Position numbers and translations under genes: made by a program. This document shows, piece after piece, positions 27,551 to 36,967 of a stretch of DNA of 64,000 nucleotides. The notes beneath the pieces were generated by a model. The model had not been told where the DNA came from. It did no database searches and worked only from the letters and a program-made list of their open reading frames with translations. Position 1 is the first letter of the stretch. The number at the start of each line of letters is the position of its first letter. Source of the DNA: a virus (Duplodnaviria; Caudoviricetes); IMG/VR virus record IMGVR_UViG_3300010167_001484, positions 128,001 to 192,000 of that record; one strand, written 5' to 3'.

Positions 27551-29023
27551 TTGATTCATAATAATTTAAAAGGTGAAATTAAGAATCTAGGTCCTATGCA
27601 GAATGTTTCAATTCAAGTAATTGATTCTGTTACAGATAGAATTGTTCATCAACATGTCGGACATAATGCTGCTACTAATGCACTTCTCGTAGGATTAGCA
27701 CATTATTTGCAAGGAGATGGTGTACTTAATCAAGGTGTGCATCAACTTTCAGCATTTGTACCAAGATTTATGTCTCTAGGTACAATGGGACTTGTAAATC
27801 AGCTTGAAGATGAAGATGGTTTACCTATGGGATTGGGCTATAAATCTTATAGAGATTATGACCCTGATAAAAAATGTTGGGTATATAATAGATGTAATCA
27901 GTTAACTGGAGAGCAGAGAGATTTTTTAGGTGTATTTAATAGTGATCAACCTTTGACAGAAGAACAAGAAGAGGCATTACGATTTAAAGATTATATGGAT
28001 ATGATGCCTGGTTACGGTGCAGATGGTTATGATCTTAATATGAATAACAGCCGAACTAGTAGTGCTGACGGTTATATCATGGCAGGTTTAGGTCCACCTT
28101 TTAGTAGACGTAGTGAAGTTGGAGCCCCTGCATTGGGGATGTTGCCTGTAACTAATGTTAAACCTTGTCCAGTGTGTGGTGATGTGAATTGTCCACATAG
28201 TCAACACGGTGAAATCACATTTGATCCTTATGATTATGATACAGTTCGATGTGAGTTGATATCTGATACTTTTCCTCGTCAACATATTTCATATAGAGAT
28301 ATAGTACCTGAGGAACAGGCTGAGTTACCTAAAACAATCGATGTTGTGTTTAGTTCTATGGTATCTACTGGAGCATTAAGACAATTCAGACGTACTGATC
28401 ATGATTATGTATTTATAACAGAAGCAGGATTGTGGTCAAGACGTGATTGGAACCTTAGTGGTAGTAACGGTCTCCTTGCAGGTTACAGAATTGCTCCTCC
28501 TAATAGTGATAATTGGGTGATGTACCCAGATCATTCAATCTTCATAGATAGATATTATAATGAAAATAATATCACCGGGATACCTACTTCTGATGATAGA
28601 TTTAATGCTGTGATGCATGCTCGTATGATGATAAGTGAGATTGATTTTGAACGAGCTAGAGAGAATCGGCTAATTCTAAAGAAGAATATAATCAAAGTTG
28701 GTATAAATCAAATTGTTCAAATAATCTGGAAGGTACAACTTGGTGAAATAGAGCAGTTATTTCCTGGAGCGTATTGTCCAAATTGTCGAACAGAATATAT
28801 ACCAGAATTACCTGGAACATCTCCTAGAGAACCAAGTAATGTATGTTCATTCTGTTGTAGATTGGATGCAGGAAATATTGATTTAATAGATGAAGAGTTT
28901 TGTCCCCGTATTTGTGATATAGATGCTGGAGATTTAGAGATGGATATAGCAGGTACAATATTATCTGGACAACATTCTGGTGCAGGAGTAAATAGTACTA
29001 TTTATATGGAATATTCTGAATGA
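27551..29023 (+). CDS. Tail/baseplate structural protein
   Basis: GHNAATN and ITEAGL...LLAG motifs typical of fibre-attachment proteins; TTG start with GAGG RBS. Confidence 0.5.
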   Translation: MIHNNLKGEIKNLGPMQNVSIQVIDSVTDRIVHQHVGHNAATNALLVGLAHYLQGDGVLNQGVHQLSAFVPRFMSLGTMGLVNQLEDEDGLPMGLGYKSYRDYDPDKKCWVYNRCNQLTGEQRDFLGVFNSDQPLTEEQEEALRFKDYMDMMPGYGADGYDLNMNNSRTSSADGYIMAGLGPPFSRRSEVGAPALGMLPVTNVKPCPVCGDVNCPHSQHGEITFDPYDYDTVRCELISDTFPRQHISYRDIVPEEQAELPKTIDVVFSSMVSTGALRQFRRTDHDYVFITEAGLWSRRDWNLSGSNGLLAGYRIAPPNSDNWVMYPDHSIFIDRYYNENNITGIPTSDDRFNAVMHARMMISEIDFERARENRLILKKNIIKVGINQIVQIIWKVQLGEIEQLFPGAYCPNCRTEYIPELPGTSPREPSNVCSFCCRLDAGNIDLIDEEFCPRICDIDAGDLEMDIAGTILSGQHSGAGVNSTIYMEYSE

Positions 29024-29034
29024 GGTAAGATATA

Positions 29035-32000
29035 ATGGCAGATGTCATAATGTTACTAACTAATAAAGGTAAAGAGTTGAAAGCTAAACTCGAAACCACT
29101 GGAGATAATCCTCCATTACAGTATACTAGAATAGTATCTGCTAGTGGTCGTTCTAGTGATCCTGTTAATGCTGTTGCACTCACTAATCCAAAATTACCTT
29201 TAAGTATAATTGATTCGTATAATGATGGTGTAGATACAATAATAAAGTGCCTTATAACAAATGCAGGTAATCCTGATTTGGGTATAGGTCCACTTGAAGA
29301 AAAGTATGGTATAGCTCAAATAGGTTTCTTCGCTCTTGATCCTGATGAAGGTGAGATATTATATAGACTTTGTCAATATGATATGTCTATTCCTGTACCT
29401 AGTATATCTGACGGTATATTTAGATATGAACCCGAATTTAGAATAACTACTGATAATGCTAATGTTGTTATATTCCCTCCACCTACAGGATTTATATCTT
29501 ACGGTGATTTATCTAATGCTATGGATGAAGTAATCAGTAATAATCCGGAGATGGTTGGTAGAGAGGGTCCTAAGGGTGATAAAGGTGACAAGGGTGATCA
29601 AGGTCCTAAAGGTGAAGATGGTATTCAAGGTATTGATGGTAAAGATGGCATTCAAGGTATTGATGGTAAAGATGGTCCAGCCGGTCCTAAAGGTGATAAA
29701 GGTGATAAAGGAGACAAAGGTGATAAGGGCGATAAAGGCGATACGGGACCTCCTGGTGAGTTAGGGCCTCCCGAAGGTTCTAGTAAGTTCTCTTTAGATT
29801 TTATATATCCAATTGGAGCTATATATTCATCTGTAGATCCTACACATCCTTCAGAATTATTTGGTGGAGAGTGGATAGAATGGGGGCAAGGTAGAGTACC
29901 TGTTAGTGTTTCAACGTCAGGTACATTCAATACAGTTGAAAAAATTGGTGGTTCTGAAACAGAATCTTTGACAACAGCACAATTAGCACAACATAATCAT
30001 ACATTTGATGGTACATCTGATCAAACTACTAGTTCATCTGGTACTAATAATACTAGCAGTACAACTCCAGGAGTAACAGGTGGAGTTAATACAGCTAATA
30101 CAGGTAATCCTACCTCTAATCCAGCATCAGGTTCAACATCTGGAGTAACCGACGGAATGAGTGCTAATTCGACTGGTAGTTTTCACTTTAGAACAGTTGC
30201 TACAGACAGTCATGGTACAGGTAACTTTGGTATGCTCATTAATCCTGTAGGTGCATTTGGACCTCATCAATGGATACCTCCTATGGTTACTAGTGGTACT
30301 GGATATGGGAATAGTTTAATTGGTATAACTCCTGTAAGATTATCACCTACAGGTACTGGAAATATTGGAGGAACACCAGTTCATAGTCATAGGATGGATC
30401 TTAATGTATCTCATACTCATAATTTCGGTAGTCATACTCACTCTATTAGTAACCATGTACATACACAAGCACATACACATAATAGTGCTGCTCATACTCA
30501 TACTGGTCCAAGTCATACACATACATTAACTCCTGCTGGTACTATCGGTAATACCGGTACTGGGATAGATCATAATAATTTACAGCCTTACATTACTTGT
30601 TATATGTGGAAACGTACTGGTGGGGTTATGAATGATGTAGCTGTTGGTGGAGAAGGATTTCAAGGTGAAACAGGTGAACAAGGACCTAAAGGTGATAAAG
30701 GTGATCAAGGAATTCAAGGCGAAGAGGGTATACAAGGTCCTAAAGGTGATAAAGGGGATAAGGGTGATAAGGGAGATCCAGGTATACAAGGACCTCCTGG
30801 TGAATTAGGACCTCCGGAAGGTTCTAGTAAATTCTCTCTTGATAAGATATATCCTATCGGTGCTATATATTCTTCAGTAGATCCTACATCTCCTGAAACA
30901 TTATTTGGTGGAGATTGGGTAGAATGGGGTCAAGGTCGTGTTCCAGTTGGTATAGCAGATTCGGGAACATTTGATACAGTTGAAAAAACAGGTGGAGCTG
31001 AAACACATACACATACAATAAGCAACCATATTCATACTATGGCACATACACATACATTTGCACATACTCATACAATGGCTCATACTCATACCGGACCTTC
31101 ACATACACATACTAGTGCAGCTCATACTCATACCGGACCATCTCATTCCCATGTTTTAGGTAATTCAAGTTATGCTAAAATTGATATATCCGGAGGAGCT
31201 CATAAATATATAGCTAGTAAACTTATAAAAACTCCATCATATACTTTTGATTTGGCTACTTCTAGTATATCTTCTGCACCAGCTGCAAATATTAGTAATA
31301 CTGACGGTACAGGGTTAGGTGGTAATACTGATGCAGCGGGTACAGGTGCAACAGGATCTACAACTCCAGGGGCAACAGGTTCAGCTGGTAATGGAGCTAC
31401 AGGTGCAGCAAGTGTTGCCGATACAGGTGCAGCTAGTACAACTACTACTAGTGATGTAAGTACAGCTAATACAGGTAATTCAACTACTAATCCAGTAAGT
31501 GGTTCTGAATCAAATTTACAGCCTTACATTACTTGTTATATGTGGAAACGTGTAGGCGGAGTGATGAAAGATGTAGATGTTGGTGGAACTGGAAATGTTG
31601 ATATTCCTGAACTTGTTAATGAAATAAAAGAAACACTTTATTTAGAGATTCTAGATGAGATTACATCTTCTGTTAAAGCAAGTATATATCCTATAGGTTC
31701 AATATATATGTCATCTAGTCCAACTAATCCTTCTGTACAATTTGGAGGTACTTGGGTAGAATGGGGTCAAGGTAAAGTACCAATAGGTGTTGCAGATTCT
31801 GGTATATTCGATACGGTTGAAGTAACTGGTGGAGCTGAAACTCACACACATACAATAAGTAACCATGTACATTCACAAGCACATACACATACATTAGCAC
31901 ATACACATGCAGGACCATCTCATACACATACTAGTGCAGCTCATACTCATACTGGACCTAATCATACACATGGTTTAGTTGCAGGTTATGCTCGTCTAGA

Positions 32001-32349
32001 TATTTCTTCAACTAGTGCTAACTTATATGTAGATTTACATGCAACTAAGTCCTTTAGAGCTACATATGGTGCTACACTTGCCAGTACAGGTTGGGGTGCA
32101 AATCGAAATAGTCCTAATGCACTTAATTTAGATGGTACTACAGATGCGGCAGGTACAGGTGCAACAGGATCTACAACCCCAGGGGCAACAGGTTCAGCAG
32201 GTAATGGAGCTACTGGTGGTGCAAGTGTTGAAACTACTAGCGGTGTAAGTACTGCTAACACAGGTAATCCAACAACTAATCCGGCAAGTGGTTCCGAGTC
32301 TACACTTCCTCCTTATATCACATGTTATATGTGGAAGAAGGTTGCATAA
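29035..32349 (+). CDS. Tail fibre: N-terminal anchor, collagen repeats and three tandem collar/HxH-needle modules
   Basis: LTNKG..L.AK anchor; GxY repeats; 3x YPIG.IY.S..P...FGG.W.EWGQG.VP ... PYITCYMWK; many HTH repeats. Confidence 0.85.
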   Translation: MADVIMLLTNKGKELKAKLETTGDNPPLQYTRIVSASGRSSDPVNAVALTNPKLPLSIIDSYNDGVDTIIKCLITNAGNPDLGIGPLEEKYGIAQIGFFALDPDEGEILYRLCQYDMSIPVPSISDGIFRYEPEFRITTDNANVVIFPPPTGFISYGDLSNAMDEVISNNPEMVGREGPKGDKGDKGDQGPKGEDGIQGIDGKDGIQGIDGKDGPAGPKGDKGDKGDKGDKGDKGDTGPPGELGPPEGSSKFSLDFIYPIGAIYSSVDPTHPSELFGGEWIEWGQGRVPVSVSTSGTFNTVEKIGGSETESLTTAQLAQHNHTFDGTSDQTTSSSGTNNTSSTTPGVTGGVNTANTGNPTSNPASGSTSGVTDGMSANSTGSFHFRTVATDSHGTGNFGMLINPVGAFGPHQWIPPMVTSGTGYGNSLIGITPVRLSPTGTGNIGGTPVHSHRMDLNVSHTHNFGSHTHSISNHVHTQAHTHNSAAHTHTGPSHTHTLTPAGTIGNTGTGIDHNNLQPYITCYMWKRTGGVMNDVAVGGEGFQGETGEQGPKGDKGDQGIQGEEGIQGPKGDKGDKGDKGDPGIQGPPGELGPPEGSSKFSLDKIYPIGAIYSSVDPTSPETLFGGDWVEWGQGRVPVGIADSGTFDTVEKTGGAETHTHTISNHIHTMAHTHTFAHTHTMAHTHTGPSHTHTSAAHTHTGPSHSHVLGNSSYAKIDISGGAHKYIASKLIKTPSYTFDLATSSISSAPAANISNTDGTGLGGNTDAAGTGATGSTTPGATGSAGNGATGAASVADTGAASTTTTSDVSTANTGNSTTNPVSGSESNLQPYITCYMWKRVGGVMKDVDVGGTGNVDIPELVNEIKETLYLEILDEITSSVKASIYPIGSIYMSSSPTNPSVQFGGTWVEWGQGKVPIGVADSGIFDTVEVTGGAETHTHTISNHVHSQAHTHTLAHTHAGPSHTHTSAAHTHTGPNHTHGLVAGYARLDISSTSANLYVDLHATKSFRATYGATLASTGWGANRNSPNALNLDGTTDAAGTGATGSTTPGATGSAGNGATGGASVETTSGVSTANTGNPTTNPASGSESTLPPYITCYMWKKVA

Positions 32350-32371
32350 TATTTATATAGGTGGTAGAATA

Positions 32372-32608
32372 ATGAAAAAATTAATAAAAGCTGATAACAA
32401 TTCTAGAAGTATACCTGCATTTGATGATATTGAACATGATAGTAGTGGATATATCTATACTAGAGGTGGAGGTATACAGTTTCAACTTGTAGGTAAATTT
32501 GTAGGGTTTGATGGTGAACAGTATATAGCTTTAGAAAAGCTAGGATATGGTGATAAAACTTATATATTGTATGATAAGTTTGTTAAACAATATCAAATTT
32601 TAGAATAG
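32372..32608 (+). CDS. Leader-bearing (MKKLIKA) small protein
   Basis: Start moved to ATG 32372 (AGGTGG RBS). Confidence 0.65.
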   Translation: MKKLIKADNNSRSIPAFDDIEHDSSGYIYTRGGGIQFQLVGKFVGFDGEQYIALEKLGYGDKTYILYDKFVKQYQILE

Positions 32609-32621
32609 AGAGGTAAATATT

Positions 32622-32972
32622 GTGGAGATATTATTCACGCCTGCAGCAGTGTTAGATCTATTAAGTAGAGTAGAAGAATTCAATGATTATCATCTAGGTA
32701 TAACGGAAACATTAGATGGTCAACTTCAATTACAAGTTGGAGAATCTTTCTATATAATAGATGATCAAGAAGCTACAAATATTGATGTAACTGATGATGT
32801 TGTCGAAACAATTGAAGAAGTTAATCTTGAAGCTTATGAGCAACTTGCTGATAATGATGTTATAGATCTGCAAGAGCCTGTAGAGTCAGGTATTTTAAGT
32901 GGGATGGCTAAAGCACTTGCTATAGGTGGCCTTGTTATGGTCGGTAGTAAGATGGCTAAGAAGTGGTTATAA
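32622..32972 (+). CDS. Acidic head-module protein with C-terminal cationic amphipathic helix
   Basis: D/E-rich first ~89 aa, then GILSGMAKALAIGGLVMVGSKMAKKWL. Confidence 0.6.
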   Translation: MEILFTPAAVLDLLSRVEEFNDYHLGITETLDGQLQLQVGESFYIIDDQEATNIDVTDDVVETIEEVNLEAYEQLADNDVIDLQEPVESGILSGMAKALAIGGLVMVGSKMAKKWL

Positions 32973-32981
32973 GGAGATATT

Positions 32982-33362
32982 ATGAAAAAATTAGTAAGAG
33001 CATTCACAGGTACGAAACAATATGAAGGGTTCAAATTACTTGATCCTAAAACAAAAGAACTTCATTACTTTCCATATAAATCTGGTAGAAAAAATACAGA
33101 TGTTGAGAATGAAGCAATAAGTAAATTGAAAGAAGAAACAGGTTATGGTGGCTTCATGGTATATGAACTTGTTAAGTCGAGTACAGATGCTAAAGTAACT
33201 GCAGCAAGTGGAGAGGATGTTTGTTTCAAAGTAACATTAGAAGTAACTATGTCGGGAGAAGTGTTTGATAGATATTCTGATGATAGTGATGATATCCAAG
33301 AACAGATAATTCATCTGATAGAAATAGGTCAATTTGAATTTATTGATTCAGAATATTGTTAA
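32982..33362 (+). CDS. Leader-bearing (MKKLVRA) protein
   Basis: AAGGAG RBS; internal LVKSS and VTAAS motifs. Confidence 0.65.
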   Translation: MKKLVRAFTGTKQYEGFKLLDPKTKELHYFPYKSGRKNTDVENEAISKLKEETGYGGFMVYELVKSSTDAKVTAASGEDVCFKVTLEVTMSGEVFDRYSDDSDDIQEQIIHLIEIGQFEFIDSEYC

Positions 33363-33392
33363 TAAAGTCGTATTAATTGGAGGTATTATAAA

Positions 33393-34841
33393 ATGGCTGC
33401 AAAAGTTAAATCTGCAAATATAACAAATTCAACTATTTTAGGAGTATTCGATGGTGAAACAATGGATACAACTATAACTAATCTTAATGGATTGGATATC
33501 ACTGCGGAAGTTATGGATGCTGTATTTGAGTCAGATGAATACAAACAAGGTATAGATAAGGGTTGGTATATTGGTTTCTTAGGTCATCCTGAAGATCCTA
33601 ATGAAATGGGATTCCAGGATGGTTGTATTGTGATGACTGAAGGTCATATGGATGATAGTGGGAAGGTATATGGTAAATTTAATCTCATTGATACTCCTGT
33701 TGGTCGTGTTGTCAAGACATTCATAGATGCTGGAGTTAAATTCGGAATATCTATTCGTGGTGCAGGAGATATTGAGAATAATTCTGTAGATCCCGAAACA
33801 TTTGTATTCAGAGGATTTGATTTAGTATCTTTTCCTGCTTATCCTGACTCAGTTCCAAAATTTACTGAAATTGCAGCAAGTACTGATGCTAAAGATAGAG
33901 CCAAGTATAAGAAAATCTGTGCTTCAATTGCAACCAACCTTCAAGATATTAATAGTATTGAAGCTTTAGATATAATTCAAAGTAATTTTGCACCACAATC
34001 AAAAGAATTTAAAATGTTAGAAGATAGACGTAAGTCCATTGAAGCATCTGATATAATATCTATAAATGACGCAAAGATAACCGGTATGACTGAGTTATAT
34101 ATAGAAGCAGTTGAAGCTAATAAGAATTTATTACTTGAAATTGAATCACTCAAAAAACAAGTGTCAAAATACTCAGTTACGGCTAATCAGCGTCTAGCTA
34201 AAATTAGACGTATTGTAGGTAATCAACTTTCTGTTGTAACTACTAATAGAGATGAGCTAGTTACTGCTAATGAAGAATTGGTTCAAGCTGCGTCTGAGTC
34301 TAAGTTGTATCAAAGAGAGTTAGAAAGAAACAATAGATTATTAGAACAATCTATTGGAGAATTAGAAGCATATATTAAAGAATTAGAGTTAGATAATAAG
34401 AAATTATCTAAGAGAATAGCCTCTTCAGAGAATTCTAACCTTATATATAGTGATAAGATAGAAAGTCACAAAGCCGAAATTAGAAAACAAGCCGATGTTA
34501 TCGCTAGTCTGAGAGCAGAGCTCGATGAAACTGTCAACGGTGCATCTGATTTGGAAGACCAGACATCAAACCTTGATGAAAGAAACAAAGACTTAGATTC
34601 TAAGATTAAAGCTTCAAATCGCCTTCTTAGAGCATACCAGAATGCTTATAGCAAATTGTATGCTTCTGCTATAGGTAGTGACTATCATCTTGATTCATTG
34701 TCTATAACAGCGTCAACATCTGTACCTGAGCTTCAGAAAATAATTTCTGCAAGTTCTAATAATCTATCTGGTATTTTCGCAGAACCTGAACAGATTGATC
34801 TAGTAGATGGTGACCTAGACAATAATGTTATCATTTTATAA
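33393..34841 (+). CDS. Prohead core protease (T4 gp21-like) fused to a coiled-coil scaffold region
   Basis: LGHPE, GKFNLIDTPVG, GISIRGAG, FDLVSFPA; heptad-rich C-terminal half; immediately upstream of MCP. Confidence 0.85.
   Translation: MAAKVKSANITNSTILGVFDGETMDTTITNLNGLDITAEVMDAVFESDEYKQGIDKGWYIGFLGHPEDPNEMGFQDGCIVMTEGHMDDSGKVYGKFNLIDTPVGRVVKTFIDAGVKFGISIRGAGDIENNSVDPETFVFRGFDLVSFPAYPDSVPKFTEIAASTDAKDRAKYKKICASIATNLQDINSIEALDIIQSNFAPQSKEFKMLEDRRKSIEASDIISINDAKITGMTELYIEAVEANKNLLLEIESLKKQVSKYSVTANQRLAKIRRIVGNQLSVVTTNRDELVTANEELVQAASESKLYQRELERNNRLLEQSIGELEAYIKELELDNKKLSKRIASSENSNLIYSDKIESHKAEIRKQADVIASLRAELDETVNGASDLEDQTSNLDERNKDLDSKIKASNRLLRAYQNAYSKLYASAIGSDYHLDSLSITASTSVPELQKIISASSNNLSGIFAEPEQIDLVDGDLDNNVIIL
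34437..34449 (+). promoter_or_regulatory. Putative late promoter internal to the protease gene (upstream of MCP)
   Basis: AACCTTATATATA. Confidence 0.5.
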
Positions 34842-34867
34842 AATAGAAGAATAGGAGTGTAAATACA

Positions 34868-36310
34868 ATGGCAATTATAACAAAGCGCAAATCTAAAACT
34901 CCTGTGACTGCTGCCCGTAAACCTGTTCAAGCTAGTAATAATATCACATCAGGTGTACGTAGTAGATCTAATTCACAGCGAGTTGCTGCTAATTTTGCTA
35001 AGTTAGATCCGAATCAGCAAGCTTTTGCTCGTCAACTTCAGGCTAACTGCCGCAAACATTCAGCAATAATGGGCGCAACAAATACATCGAATATTGCAGC
35101 GCGTCCTGATTTTATTGAACTGCTTCCGTTGTTCGTCCAGAAATTACTCATTCTTGATGTATTCGGCTCAGTAGCGATGAAATCACGTCAACAAATTATC
35201 CCTTACTTCAAAGTAGTGAGTGAAACAACTAAAGGTGAAACGAATAAAGGCGATGTTTTCAATACACCGTTTGTTAACCGTCAAGGTTTAGACGGTAACT
35301 TCACAGGCCGTGTTGTAAAGAACGAAGTCATGGCTGCAGAAGGTGGATTTACATCTGGTGCAGTTAATTATATCCCCGTACTTCCTGGTTCTGTAACAAT
35401 CAATGCTAACATTAGTGGAGTTACTAATATCTATACAGATGATGGTGCTGGTACTATCCTTGGTGCTGATGGTTCCGAAGAAGGTACAATTGCATATGAT
35501 ACTGGACTTATCACAATGGGTGATCCTATCGACACAAATGTAGGTGATACCGTTAAAGCTACTTACCAGTATGACAATGAGACTGTTGGTCCGGATGTCA
35601 ATGGAGACTATGGCGCTAGAATGGGTAAAGTCTATCTCCAGTTAGATGAATTCAATCTAGTAGCAACTGCCCACGAACTCGCAAGCTATTGGTCAATTTT
35701 CTCCGCGTTTGCAGCCCAGAATGAATGGGGTACAAACATCGGTGATATGGCTAAAGAAGCAGCTTTCTCCGAATTGACAGCTGAGATCAATACAAAAGGT
35801 TTCAAAGCTCTTGAAAAAGCAGCGACCTATAAACCTCAGTACAACTGGGATGCTTCTCCTGTTTTGTCAGGTAGCGTTGTACCGTCAGATTACTTGAACA
35901 TGTTTAAACTTAAACTCGGTCAAGCGTCAGCTTCTATATATCAGGCAACAAGACTTACCCGTCCGAACCGACTTACAATGGGTGCTAATGCTGCAGAATA
36001 TATGAAAATGATCAATGGATTCTCTGCTGATAATATTGACGATACGGTTGGTCCATATAAGCTTGGTACACTTGATAACTTCGAATGCTATGTTGAGCCT
36101 TCGTATGACCCGAACAAGTGGGTAATGTCCTGTAAGAGTACAGACATTCGCAGGAATAGCGGATTGTTTGGGGAGTATATGCCCTTCACAGCTACTGATG
36201 CAATCGGCCTTGCGAACGCTAGTGTGCAGCAAGGATATGCTACGATGTATTGCATGGAAGTGGTCAACCCGGCAACAATCGTTTCTGGAAAGATTGTTGG
36301 AGTATTCTAA
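34868..36310 (+). CDS. Major capsid protein (gp23-like, HK97 fold) with basic N-terminal propeptide
   Basis: Follows the protease; ELASYWS..A......G, ELTAEIN, GEYMP, GYATMY..VVNP motifs; highly expressed codon style. Confidence 0.85.
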   Translation: MAIITKRKSKTPVTAARKPVQASNNITSGVRSRSNSQRVAANFAKLDPNQQAFARQLQANCRKHSAIMGATNTSNIAARPDFIELLPLFVQKLLILDVFGSVAMKSRQQIIPYFKVVSETTKGETNKGDVFNTPFVNRQGLDGNFTGRVVKNEVMAAEGGFTSGAVNYIPVLPGSVTINANISGVTNIYTDDGAGTILGADGSEEGTIAYDTGLITMGDPIDTNVGDTVKATYQYDNETVGPDVNGDYGARMGKVYLQLDEFNLVATAHELASYWSIFSAFAAQNEWGTNIGDMAKEAAFSELTAEINTKGFKALEKAATYKPQYNWDASPVLSGSVVPSDYLNMFKLKLGQASASIYQATRLTRPNRLTMGANAAEYMKMINGFSADNIDDTVGPYKLGTLDNFECYVEPSYDPNKWVMSCKSTDIRRNSGLFGEYMPFTATDAIGLANASVQQGYATMYCMEVVNPATIVSGKIVGVF

Positions 36311-36342
36311 ACAATATTCTATATCTCATTAATAATCACAAC

Positions 36343-36371
36343 CTCCCAATTGCAGTAATTGTAATTGGGAG
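36343..36371 (+). terminator. Hairpin after MCP (terminator or stabiliser)
   Basis: CTCCCAATTGCAG-TAA-TTGTAATTGGGAG. Confidence 0.65.
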
Positions 36372-36420
36372 TTCTCATATTTCTTATAAATAATTTATTT
36401 TTATATAGGTGGAGTATTTT

Positions 36421-36468
36421 AACCTTATATATGTATGTGATAAGATAAGCCTGAGAACCTTATCTATT
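36421..36468 (+). promoter_or_regulatory. Two copies of the putative late promoter motif
   Basis: AACCTTATATATG (36421) and AACCTTATCTATT (36456). Confidence 0.55.
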
Positions 36469-36546
36469 GATGAGATAGAATCGCAAAAGATGTTATTCTA
36501 TCTATTACTTGTGTAATAGTAAAAATTTAAATGGAGGTAAAACACA

Positions 36547-36930
36547 ATGGCGTACAAAGTAACTATAACTTATGCTGGTGTAACTGCTGATGTTGAAGCG
36601 TTTGTAGCTCCTGTAATGCGACTTTACAGACCTAATCCTTCATACGTTGATACACTTGCATATGAAGGTACAGTGTATGACACAAATACACCAGGTATGG
36701 GCAGTCCGGAAGGTATATGGAATTATACGCTTGATCAAATGGAGCCGTTTGCAACTACATCTATTCCGTTCCCAGTGTCGTTGGCGCAGTTTAAACTTGC
36801 AGTTGTTGGGAAGGATAATGAGGTGTCGTTTGAAGTTGCAGATTATAAGGAAGCGTTCTACTATATGCAGATCGGTGAGTCTATGGCAGATCAAGGTTTC
36901 AGCGTAAAAGTCGAAGAGATTGCAGCTTAA
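36547..36930 (+). CDS. Probable abundant head protein (decoration-like)
   Basis: Own promoter, GGAGG RBS, MCP-like codon usage; function inferred from position only. Confidence 0.4.
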   Translation: MAYKVTITYAGVTADVEAFVAPVMRLYRPNPSYVDTLAYEGTVYDTNTPGMGSPEGIWNYTLDQMEPFATTSIPFPVSLAQFKLAVVGKDNEVSFEVADYKEAFYYMQIGESMADQGFSVKVEEIAA

Positions 36931-36967
36931 TTTGAAAGGTGTGAGTGTGTAAGGAGGGTCTAGACTG

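Noticed and set aside
36465-36520. Hammerhead ribozyme (TGATGAG core-like)
   Set aside because: Lacks the CUGANGA start and a properly placed GAAA/UH cleavage core.
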